Under the pieces are notes generated by a model, which had not been told where the DNA came from, made no database searches, and saw only the letters and a list, made by a program, of their open reading frames with translations. Below are positions 8,593-16,957 of a stretch of DNA of 20,000 nucleotides, one piece after another (the first letter of the stretch is position 1; each line of letters opens with the position of its first letter). The position numbers and the translations under genes were made by a program. The DNA lies in the sequence record SRR22947725_2292. One strand, 5' to 3'.

Positions 8593-9378
8593 TTATGGTA
8601 AAGTTGAAGCTATGCCTCGTACAAGAGCCCCTTTAACTGCTTCTGTAGCTTCGACTAATTTCAAATTTAACTTTTTTGCTGAAACGATAAAACGTTCTTC
8701 TTGGTATGCGAAATCCTGCTTCTTTCTATATTCTGTGGCTTCACTATGAGAAATTGACGTTCTACCTGATTCGGCATACTCTCCTTCATTTTTGTAGCTT
8801 GAGCTACCCGAATTAGAACTTTTGGTAGTCGTCTTCCTCGTAGAAACAACCCCTCCTTCAATGCGCTCGCCGACACTTAAGTCAACTACAAAATCGTAAG
8901 AGATAACTCTATTCCTATTATCCATAGCTTTCCCTGCCGCAGCGCCTGCAGCCGCACCGGCACCGGCACCTATAGCTACATTGGTACCTGATCCATCGCC
9001 AAGACTACTCCCCAACAACGCTCCTGCAAGACCACCAACAATTGTCCCGAAAATTGTGCTCCCATAACTCTGGTGCTTCTTTTCTCCGACATACCGTAAA
9101 TCTGCTATTAAAACAAAAGATGCTTCATCTAAATTATGGGTTAATTTATAACCCTGTGAAGTGACTTCTTTTAAAACTGAATTTCTTATGTCAATATCTG
9201 TACCTGAACTATTTCTAAAACGTACAAATGCCAACATATCCTTTGACCCCAAAGGACGCTGTTGAATTTTACCGATGCGCCTCGAGTTGACACTCATCTC
9301 CTTGACTGAGGGATCCATAAATCCCGTACATGAGCATAAGAAAAGGACCATCAAAACAGATATAAACTTCTTCAACAT
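8593..9378 (-). CDS. traT: TraT-like (complement-resistance family) outer-membrane lipoprotein with glycine zipper
   Basis: Lipobox LCSC after a hydrophobic signal; FVRFRNSSG...GYKLT.N.DEA.F.L.A segment typical of the TraT family; Gly/Ala zipper GGLAGALLG...GAGAGAAAGAAAG; RBS TGGAGA. Confidence 0.72.
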   Translation of the reverse strand: MLKKFISVLMVLFLCSCTGFMDPSVKEMSVNSRRIGKIQQRPLGSKDMLAFVRFRNSSGTDIDIRNSVLKEVTSQGYKLTHNLDEASFVLIADLRYVGEKKHQSYGSTIFGTIVGGLAGALLGSSLGDGSGTNVAIGAGAGAAAGAAAGKAMDNRNRVISYDFVVDLSVGERIEGGVVSTRKTTTKSSNSGSSSYKNEGEYAESGRTSISHSEATEYRKKQDFAYQEERFIVSAKKLNLKLVEATEAVKGALVRGIASTLP

Positions 9379-9490
9379 CTTTCATCTCCAGTTAATAGAC
9401 ACAAAAAGGCCTACATATTAATAATGTATCTCTAATTAGTATAATCTCTTCTTAATAGGGTAATCTCATACTCTATTGAAATATTTAAAA

Positions 9491-9805
9491 CTATTTTATG
9501 TACGAGCAACAATAATCAGTTACTTCTTTAATAACTAATTTAAATTTAGAGTCTGCGGGAACATTAAACGACTGACCGCCTTTAATCGCCTGCCAATCAT
9601 CAGAACCAGGTAATAAGACATCTAAATCACCTGCCATGATCTCCATTATTTCTGCTTCTGCAGTACCAAATTCATAGTCGCCAGGCATCATAATCCCAAG
9701 CGTCTTTGTAGTACCATCTGTAAACTCAACTGTTCTGCTAGTTACTTTACCATCGAAATAAACATTGGCAGCTTTAATAATTGTTACATTTTCAAATTTT
9801 GACAT
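9491..9805 (-). CDS. ppnP: Pyrimidine/purine nucleoside phosphorylase PpnP (DUF1255/YaiE, cupin fold)
   Basis: [28 protein letters not shown]...EIMEI..G, F.VPADS.F and C-terminal DYCCSY are characteristic of PpnP; RBS AAGGA. Confidence 0.93.
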   Translation of the reverse strand: MSKFENVTIIKAANVYFDGKVTSRTVEFTDGTTKTLGIMMPGDYEFGTAEAEIMEIMAGDLDVLLPGSDDWQAIKGGQSFNVPADSKFKLVIKEVTDYCCSYIK

Positions 9806-9843
9806 CTTCTTTTCCTTTATTTAAAATTTATTCAAAATTGTAG

Positions 9844-10159
9844 TTGGGAATTCTTTTTTTTCGAGAAAATGTTACAAATAAAAATCAGGAACCTATCGAT
9901 TTTAGTATTGATCAATGCCCAACATGTTCAGGAGTTTGGTTTGACACCAATGAATGGGAAACTCTTAAATTGCATGAATTGTCGAATAAGCTACACTTGA
10001 TATTCACAGGAACTTGGCAAAAATATAAAACGATGGCTAAGTGAAAAAAGAAAAATTGACATCTAAATGAATAAGTTTGGTAAAGATAATCTCAAGAAAT
10101 TAAACGATATCAAATCTTGGTTAAATCAACAAGAACATAAGACGCTTATGCTAGCTTAA
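9844..10159 (+). pseudogene. Decayed zf-TFIIB (zinc-ribbon) domain gene
   Basis: Frame 1 gives IDQCPTCSGVWFDTNEW..LK...L...LHLIFTGTWQ. After an A-run near 10019-10023, frame 2 continues NIKRWLSEKRKIDI*MNKFGKDNLKKLNDIKSWLNQQEHKTLMLA* with an internal TAA at 10064-10066. The first CxxC pair and a credible start are missing. Confidence 0.7.
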
Positions 10160-11209
10160 AGAAGCAATAATTTTCGCTGCTATTTTATCTAAAGGTAACA
10201 CTTCACTAACTGCATCGGCTTTAATTGCCATATTCGGCATGCCAAAAATAGTGCATGTTTCTTCATCTTGAGCTACTGTATATGCTCCTGAATCATAGAG
10301 CATCTTTAAACCTTTGGCTCCATCAGCGCCCATTCCTGTCATAATTATACCAAGAGTATTATCGCCAACTTCTTGGGCTGCCGATCGAAACAAGTAATCT
10401 ACTGCAGGGCGACAATGGTTCTCTGGAGGAGCATCACAAGATATTTTAGCATAGTATTTACCCGATCTCTTTTCGACACCCATTTGAGTCTGACCAGGAG
10501 CAAAATAAACATAACCCGGAGATAACTCTTGATCATCTGTCGCTTCAACAACTGACAACTGACTCTTTTTATTTAGTGAATTTGCTAATGAAGTAATAAA
10601 TAATGGTGGCATATGCTGAACAATGACCACTGGGGCAGAAAGAGTTGAAGGTAATTGAGGAATAACCTGGCTTAAAGCATTTGGGCCACCGGTAGAAAGT
10701 CCAATACAAACCAAATCCACCTTTTTAGAGTAAGGCGAAGACTTATGCACTATCGCTTTTCTTTCAGCCTGTAAAGTAGAATTTCTATCGCTGATAGGAA
10801 CTAGACCTTGATGAAGAGCGGTCAATAAAGGGGTTAATTGGGCAACCAGTTGATTTTCACTCTCAAACCGATCCTTCCCTTCTGGTTTGGCGATAAAGTC
10901 ATAAGCTCCTAATTCAAGAGCCTTAATAGTTACTGAAGCGCCTACTGTTGTAAATGCACTGCACATAATAACAGCTGGAGATTGACTACTCTTATTTAAT
11001 TTTGTCATAACACCGATCCCATCCATTATCGGCATTTCAACATCTAAAATAACCACATCTGGATTATTGACTCTAATACTAGTGAGTACTTTTTCGCCAT
11101 CGGCAGCTGAACCCGTAATTTCAATCCAAGAGAATGACCGTAGAATTTTTTTCAAAAGTGCGCGATAAACAATTGAGTCATCACCAATTAAAACTTTTAA
11201 TTTTCGCAC
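10151..11209 (-). CDS. cheB: Chemotaxis response regulator protein-glutamate methylesterase CheB
   Basis: REC domain (VLIGDDS, LDVEMPIMDG, FIAKP) + methylesterase with intact Ser-His-Asp triad (GLSTGG, QHMP, TGMGADG); GTG start with RBS AGAGG. Confidence 0.96.
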   Translation of the reverse strand: MRKLKVLIGDDSIVYRALLKKILRSFSWIEITGSAADGEKVLTSIRVNNPDVVILDVEMPIMDGIGVMTKLNKSSQSPAVIMCSAFTTVGASVTIKALELGAYDFIAKPEGKDRFESENQLVAQLTPLLTALHQGLVPISDRNSTLQAERKAIVHKSSPYSKKVDLVCIGLSTGGPNALSQVIPQLPSTLSAPVVIVQHMPPLFITSLANSLNKKSQLSVVEATDDQELSPGYVYFAPGQTQMGVEKRSGKYYAKISCDAPPENHCRPAVDYLFRSAAQEVGDNTLGIIMTGMGADGAKGLKMLYDSGAYTVAQDEETCTIFGMPNMAIKADAVSEVLPLDKIAAKIIASLS

Positions 11210-11219
11210 ACAAGCCTCT

Positions 11220-11522
11220 TTATCGGGGATTAACTTGGAAGTATTTATCTAAACGCATCAATTTAAACATATGCATAATATCTTCAGAAGTATTCATCAA
11301 GCTTAGGCTGCCCGACTTTTTCTTAAGTGAATTCTGGATTGAAATTAGCAAGCTAATTCCTGTTGAGTCAACCATTTCAACTTTAGCTAAATCTAACTCT
11401 ACCGCATTTAAGCCATCATCCATCTGACCAAGTATTTCACTCTTCACTCCATTCACTGAGGCGGCAGTCAAATCCGCATCCAGATTTAATAATAAAGTGT
11501 TCTCATTCCTCTGACTATCCAT
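11220..11522 (-). CDS. STAS-domain anti-anti-sigma factor (SpoIIAA/RsbV-like)
   Basis: LDLAKVEMVDSTGISLL (DSxG phospho-Ser motif) and FKLMRLDKYF; start overlaps cheW end by 8 nt. Confidence 0.9.
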   Translation of the reverse strand: MDSQRNENTLLLNLDADLTAASVNGVKSEILGQMDDGLNAVELDLAKVEMVDSTGISLLISIQNSLKKKSGSLSLMNTSEDIMHMFKLMRLDKYFQVNPR

Positions 11523-11973
11523 TACTCATCTCCCCTATTGATACCTCATCAACCTTTGCTATTCCTTCAACATTTAATACTGTGATAAGCTCACCGTCTA
11601 ATTCAAAGACTCCTTTAATATGATCTGCATCCATCCCATGTGGAACTGCGGGCGATGACTCTACACTACTTTGTGGTTGCTCTATCACATCCAATACTTC
11701 AGTGATCATAAAACCAATATGCTCTGTATCATGTTTAACAACGATCGTTGCCATCTGCTCTGCTTCAGTGCCCATATTAAAAAACTTCTGCAAATCAATA
11801 ACTGAAACAATTTCGCCTCTTAAATTAAGGACACCGCAGACATAAGTATCTGATCTGCAAATGCTTGTTAAATTCTTAGTGTCCCTAATAATCTCCTGAA
11901 CATCTAAACAATCCAAAGCGCAAACCAAATCAACCACTTTGAAAATTATGTAATTTTTATAAATCTTAGCCAT
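11515..11973 (-). CDS. cheW: Chemotaxis adaptor CheW
   Basis: VQEII, GVLNLRGEIVSVIDL, IGFMITEVLDV, IKGVFELDGELITVLNV. Confidence 0.93.
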   Translation of the reverse strand: MAKIYKNYIIFKVVDLVCALDCLDVQEIIRDTKNLTSICRSDTYVCGVLNLRGEIVSVIDLQKFFNMGTEAEQMATIVVKHDTEHIGFMITEVLDVIEQPQSSVESSPAVPHGMDADHIKGVFELDGELITVLNVEGIAKVDEVSIGEMSNG

Positions 11974-11984
11974 TATAATATCCT

Positions 11985-14900
11985 TTAGACGCTTACTTGG
12001 TCGTATAAATAATGCTTCAAATTCTGTAAGATCTCTTCTCTATCGAGCTTAATAAGGTATTCATTAAAACCTAAGCTTTTACCCTTCTCTAAAGCTGAGT
12101 CTCCAGAAACTGATGTCACTGCGATAACAGGTAAATTTTTAAGAGCCTGGTCCCTACGGATTTCCTGGATTAGTTCAAAACCATCCATTACTGGCATTTC
12201 AATATCTGCTAAGACTAAGCTTATATCTACTTTTGAACGTAAAACATCTAGAGCTTCTTTACCATCCATCGCTATCTCAGTCACATAACCGGCCTCTTCA
12301 ATAAAAGAGCTAATTTGATTAACAAAAAACTTTGAATCATCTACAACTAAAATCTTATGATTAACTTCTGCTTTTTGAACATTTATACCACGCTTATCAA
12401 CCCACTCAGGCTTCTTCTCCGCAACAATTCCAAATAAATCAATAAGTAGAGTTAAATGATCATCAATAAACGCTGATCCAAATATTCCTGGTTGCCTATG
12501 AGTCGCTTCATCGAACTCAACAATAATTTCGACCGAATCAATAATTTCTTTAACAAGTAAACCTAATTGACGCCCAAGGGCTTCAAAAATAACAATTGAG
12601 CATTGGCCATCCAACTCTGCCTTTGAAATGTTTGCTACATCTTCCACTCTAAAAAGAGCTATACTTTTGCCATTATAATCATAGGTAACTTGTGTCCCAA
12701 CCTTCTTTATTCTTTCTGCAGGGACACGCTCTATTCTGATTATATTACTTATAGGAATTGCCAGCCTTTCACTCGTGCCATTATTAACGATTAGTAATTT
12801 CTGTAGCTCTCCTCGATCATCGCCCTTCTCACTTTTCTCTTCATCGTGATCTTCTTGAGCGATATGAGAAATGTTTAGCTCAGCAGCAATACCAGATATA
12901 TCGAATATCGGAGCTATATCACCATTACCCAGAATAGTCGCACCAGCATAAATCTTAAGAGGCTTTAAGTGCCGACCAAATGGCTTAACGACAATTTCAG
13001 GTGAATCTAGAGTTTGATCAACAATTATACCATACTTTAACTCGCCAACTGACACTACGAGAATGTGAAGTGGCTGCGTAAAACCAAAACTATCATCATC
13101 CATATCAATTAATGTTGGTTCATCAAGAAGAAAATCATCTCCTCTAACTATTTGAATAAGCTCATCCATAAAACGAAGAACCAAAGAAGCTCCTATATGC
13201 TGTATCTTCTCTCGTACTTCTTTTACCGGTACTCTGACTATTTGCAGTAAATTCACCTGGGGTACCGCATAAGTCTTATTACTTACAGACACTAATAAGC
13301 TGGGCATGATTGCCAAAGTAAGAGGTAGACTAATCTTTAGATGTGTGCCTTGCCCTGGACGTGAATTTAAATCAACGACACCGCCTAATTTCTTCAAATT
13401 AGTCAGTACGACATCCATGCCAACACCTCGACCTGAAATCTCAGTCACTTCATCGGCTGTAGAAAAACCAGGTTTAAAAATAAGATTGGTAATTTCCTTG
13501 TCCGTCATACGCTCTAAGGCTTGCTCTGTAACAACCCCAGTCTCAAGTGCTTTGGCAGAAACTCGTTCTACATTTACACCACGGCCATTATCTATAATCT
13601 CAACAACAACTTTACCTGCTTCGTGAAAGGCTTTTATTGTCAAAGTGCCTTTCGCAGACTTACCTGCTTTTATTCTTTCCTGAGGAGTCTCCAAGCCATG
13701 ATCCATTGAATTGCGAACTATATGGGTCAATGGATCACCGATCGACTCAATGATCGTTTTATCCATCTCTACATTTTCACCCTCAATAATAAGCTCAATA
13801 TCCTTGCCAAGGTCATTACATAAATCGCGCACAATCCGTTTAAATTTATTAAATACACTGCCAACTGGCTGCATACGCGTTTTCATGATGGCTTCTTGAA
13901 GAGAAGAAGTCACTATATTGATTTGCTGCGAAGCAATCTTCATTGAAGTAACTTCATCATGCTCTGAAGCTTGCAGTAACTGATTTCGAGCTAAGACCAA
14001 TTCTCCAGCAAGAGACATAAGGTTTTCCAATAAAGAAATACTAACTCTCAAGTTTTCATTAGAACCAGTCTTCTTAACAATAGCCGGTGACTTTTTTTTA
14101 GCCTGTGGAGCTGCTAATGCTGTTTTCACCGTTGCAGGAGGAGCTGATGCTACCGGCTGAGGTGTTAATTTAACATCTTCCTTTGTTGGTTGGGCAGAAT
14201 TTAATAATTGTTCAACTAAATCATCCGTGGATGGGGCAGATAAAGGAGTCGCTTGATCTAAAGCTGCCGTCAATTCATCCAATTCATTAGCTGTCACCGA
14301 ATCGTTTACCTCAACAGAGTTTCTAGCTTCAGGGTTGATCTCATTAATCGGCTGCCTTTGATCATTGAAAGTCGTAATACTGCCATTTTCTATATCAAAA
14401 AACTCAAAGACCATATCAGGCTCTAAAACAGTCGATACTAACACATAAAAAGGTAAAGACACCTTACTAAAATTCTCTAAATCTGGAACATGCTCAAAGT
14501 CTACTTTACTTTCGACTATATAACAAAGTTGGACCAGCTCTTCAATTACCACCTGTGGCTGCTTTCCCTTTTCCTCCACATCTTTAAGAAGGTCATATTT
14601 CAAAAGGTATAGATTCGGCCCGCCTTTCAATTTATTCTCGCAATCAACCAAATCTTTATTATCAACGACAAAAATAAGATCTCCTTCTTTAGAAGAAATC
14701 TCTATTTGTCCTTCTTTAGCGGTAGAATTTGAAGAAGCCCCCTCCCCAGATTCAACAGACTCTAATTTTTTCAAAGAATCTGAAATATCGTAATCGTCCA
14801 TAGCCTGAGGATTATTAATCATCGCAACTAGGTGATCAATAGCTTCAAGTAAACTCTGAACTATGACTGGTGTTGGCACCAGCTGCCATTTGCGAATTTT

Positions 14901-15125
14901 ATCCAAAATGCTTTCCGCAACGTGAGTTAGATCCTTTACCTTAGTCAATCCAAAAAAGCTCGAGCCACCTTTTATTGTGTGCATAGCCCTAAAAACTTTA
15001 TTAACCTGATCTACATCAATATCAGCCCCGGCTTTCTCTATCGCTAACAAATCATCTTCAATACCTTCTAGATGCTCTAATGACTCTTCCAGAAAAAGGT
15101 CGAGAATCTCATCATCTTCATCCAT
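11985..15125 (-). CDS. cheA: Hybrid CheA histidine kinase (Hpt - P2-like - dimerisation - HATPase - CheW - CheW - REC)
   Basis: Hpt FRAMHTIKGGS; dimerisation LRVSISLLENLMSLAGELVLARNQL; HATPase HIVRNSMDHG, DNGRG, FKPGFSTA, SGRGVGMDVV; two CheW-like domains; C-terminal REC (ILVVDDS, ADIEMPVMDG, AVTS, LIK). RBS GAGGAG. Confidence 0.96.
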   Translation of the reverse strand: MDEDDEILDLFLEESLEHLEGIEDDLLAIEKAGADIDVDQVNKVFRAMHTIKGGSSFFGLTKVKDLTHVAESILDKIRKWQLVPTPVIVQSLLEAIDHLVAMINNPQAMDDYDISDSLKKLESVESGEGASSNSTAKEGQIEISSKEGDLIFVVDNKDLVDCENKLKGGPNLYLLKYDLLKDVEEKGKQPQVVIEELVQLCYIVESKVDFEHVPDLENFSKVSLPFYVLVSTVLEPDMVFEFFDIENGSITTFNDQRQPINEINPEARNSVEVNDSVTANELDELTAALDQATPLSAPSTDDLVEQLLNSAQPTKEDVKLTPQPVASAPPATVKTALAAPQAKKKSPAIVKKTGSNENLRVSISLLENLMSLAGELVLARNQLLQASEHDEVTSMKIASQQINIVTSSLQEAIMKTRMQPVGSVFNKFKRIVRDLCNDLGKDIELIIEGENVEMDKTIIESIGDPLTHIVRNSMDHGLETPQERIKAGKSAKGTLTIKAFHEAGKVVVEIIDNGRGVNVERVSAKALETGVVTEQALERMTDKEITNLIFKPGFSTADEVTEISGRGVGMDVVLTNLKKLGGVVDLNSRPGQGTHLKISLPLTLAIMPSLLVSVSNKTYAVPQVNLLQIVRVPVKEVREKIQHIGASLVLRFMDELIQIVRGDDFLLDEPTLIDMDDDSFGFTQPLHILVVSVGELKYGIIVDQTLDSPEIVVKPFGRHLKPLKIYAGATILGNGDIAPIFDISGIAAELNISHIAQEDHDEEKSEKGDDRGELQKLLIVNNGTSERLAIPISNIIRIERVPAERIKKVGTQVTYDYNGKSIALFRVEDVANISKAELDGQCSIVIFEALGRQLGLLVKEIIDSVEIIVEFDEATHRQPGIFGSAFIDDHLTLLIDLFGIVAEKKPEWVDKRGINVQKAEVNHKILVVDDSKFFVNQISSFIEEAGYVTEIAMDGKEALDVLRSKVDISLVLADIEMPVMDGFELIQEIRRDQALKNLPVIAVTSVSGDSALEKGKSLGFNEYLIKLDREEILQNLKHYLYDQVSV

Positions 15126-15181
15126 AAAACTGACTCCTCAAGATATTCTTTAGTCTCAAAAATTGATTTAAGAGTAAATTC

Positions 15182-15198
15182 CGCAACAATCTTGCCAA
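15182..15198 (-). promoter_or_regulatory. Sigma54 (-24/-12) promoter for the cheA operon
   Basis: Minus strand reads TTGGCAAGATTGTTGCG versus consensus YTGGCACGRNNNTTGCW; GG(15196-15195)-N10-GC(15184-15183) spacing is exact; lies about 57 bp upstream of the cheA ATG. Confidence 0.75.
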
Positions 15199-15252
15199 TT
15201 GTTTTTGACAAAAGTGAATGACCGTTGTGATTTAAATAAAAAGAAATTACAT

Positions 15253-16068
15253 ATGTTCTCAAAAGATATACTTTATACCTTACAAAAAACAAAAGAGCTC
15301 AAGCAGCGAGTATGCTTTCTTACCGGGGCAGGCATCTCTGCTGAAAGTGGAATTCGTACTTTTCGTGGCGAAGACGGCTACTGGACCATTGGCAGTGAGA
15401 TATATACTCCACAAGAAATGGCAACTTTAAAAAAGTTTAAACAAACTCCTGATGAATGTTGGAAATGGTATCTAAAGAGATTTTTAAGCTGCAATACTGC
15501 CAAGCCCAATGAAGGTCACTTCGCACTAGTCGAATTAGAAAAGAAAATACCCAACCAATTCTCTCTTATTACCCAAAATATCGATGCCCTACATATCGAA
15601 GCTGGTTCAAGTACGGACAAAACATTTCAAATTCATGGTAGCATAAAACACATGCGCTGCAGTAAAGAATGCTCACTGAAAACTTTCCCACTTTCAATAA
15701 AGCAACGCTACTTAAGCCCTCGAAAAATAGATAAGGTTATAAAAGAATTAATTTGCCCTTTGTGTGGAAATATTTCTAGACCACATGTGCTTTGGTTTGA
15801 TGAATGCTACAACGAAATTCATTACCGAGCTGATTCCGCCATGAACGAGGCCATGCGTAGTGATTTACTCATCATCGTCGGCACAACACTGCTTACCTCT
15901 CTACCGGCTATGATCGTCGATTATTTTCAAAATACATACAAACCTATTATCGCCATCGACACTGAAGAAGGAAACTCCAGTGAAGTAGCTAATCGCTCTC
16001 GAAAGGGAGGCTTCATTCAAGCCACAAGTTCGGAGGCTCTTCCAAAGGTTACAAAATTACTGGCCTAA
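15253..16068 (+). CDS. cobB: NAD-dependent protein deacylase, Sir2/CobB family (class III-like)
   Basis: The protein reads directly on the + strand (TTG15199 ... ATG15253 ... TAA16068); the ORF track's '-' label is wrong. Motifs GAGISAESGIRTFRG, WYLKR (YxxR), TQNIDALH, catalytic HG, Zn CSKEC/CPLC, RPHVLWFDE, VGT. ATG15253 preferred over TTG15199, which abuts the cheA sigma54 promoter. Confidence 0.9.
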   Translation: MFSKDILYTLQKTKELKQRVCFLTGAGISAESGIRTFRGEDGYWTIGSEIYTPQEMATLKKFKQTPDECWKWYLKRFLSCNTAKPNEGHFALVELEKKIPNQFSLITQNIDALHIEAGSSTDKTFQIHGSIKHMRCSKECSLKTFPLSIKQRYLSPRKIDKVIKELICPLCGNISRPHVLWFDECYNEIHYRADSAMNEAMRSDLLIIVGTTLLTSLPAMIVDYFQNTYKPIIAIDTEEGNSSEVANRSRKGGFIQATSSEALPKVTKLLA

Positions 16069-16757
16069 CCACTAACCAGACTGTCTGCTTCTTCGGCCAA
16101 CTCTTTACAATGAAGATATAACTTATCAAGCATTGTAACTGCAGTACTCCTTTGACGACCTTTAACCAATATTTCAATCTTGCGCAATAACTTAGCAGCA
16201 GGCGTATCTCCTAAAGCTGAAAGGGCTCCTTTAAAGCCATGAATTTTTTTTGCAAGATCACTATCTCCGGCGTCAAGAAAAGCTTCTTTAATCATTGATA
16301 AATGGCCTTCATATCCTTCTAGAAAAGCTCGACAGATCCTTTGAGCCAAGGGCTTATCTCCAGCATAATGACTCATAATAATCTCACGCAATGTAGAATC
16401 TGCGTTCTGTTTATTTTGCTGCAGACTCAAGCCATACTGAAACTTATGCAAAAACTCTTCTTCTGTAAAAGAAGGCTTCATAAGCAGCTTTTTATCTAAA
16501 ACAGGAATAGAATCATCTGTTTCTAGAAAAAGAACCGGGCTTTTAAGCTTTGAATTTTTATCAAATATTTCTTCGCCGTTACTGCAAGAAGCATCCACAA
16601 TAACAACATCGTAAAAATGAACTTTCACATCATCCTTCAACCCATCAAAACTCTCTACATCATTAACTGCATGGCCTTGTTTCACCAACTTCATCTTGGT
16701 CAAAGTTCTGCTTATGTGACTACCTGAGTACAATAAAATTTTAAGTTGTGAATTCAT
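16065..16757 (-). CDS. Degenerate receiver (REC) + Hpt phosphotransfer protein
   Basis: N-terminal REC-like fold (KILLYSGS..., YDVVIVD, PVLFL, LMKP); C-terminal Hpt signature IHGFKGALSALG; 4-nt convergent overlap with the sirtuin stop. Confidence 0.8.
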   Translation of the reverse strand: MNSQLKILLYSGSHISRTLTKMKLVKQGHAVNDVESFDGLKDDVKVHFYDVVIVDASCSNGEEIFDKNSKLKSPVLFLETDDSIPVLDKKLLMKPSFTEEEFLHKFQYGLSLQQNKQNADSTLREIIMSHYAGDKPLAQRICRAFLEGYEGHLSMIKEAFLDAGDSDLAKKIHGFKGALSALGDTPAAKLLRKIEILVKGRQRSTAVTMLDKLYLHCKELAEEADSLVSG

Positions 16758-16957
16758 TTTTATACTTTAATTGTTGAGTCTAATTTATAAAAACAACGAC
16801 TAAATATCAAGGCATTTGGCAAAGTCGTAAAAAATAGCGATAAATTCCCTCACCAACAAATACAAAACTAAGCTATAAAAGGCTAATGGAGAATGTTGGT
16901 ATTTAACTAGAGCAATTGTATATTTGCGCGTTCCTGACAATTTTGAGGTGGAAGCTC

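Noticed and set aside
8930-9040. GC-rich repetitive tract (GCACCGGCACCGGCACC)
   Set aside because: Encodes the Gly/Ala zipper of the TraT-like protein; not a DNA repeat element.
9412-9428. TACAT-N7-ATGTA palindrome upstream of traT
   Set aside because: Short AT-rich palindrome expected by chance at this composition.
15253-16068. Sirtuin as an anti-phage SIR2 NADase (Thoeris/DSR-like)
   Set aside because: Has the canonical Zn-binding CobB architecture and catalytic His, with no defence-gene neighbours.
16758-16957. M-box (Mg2+) riboswitch upstream of mgtE
   Set aside because: AT-rich divergent intergenic region with no recognisable stems or terminator; an Infernal search would be needed to exclude it fully.
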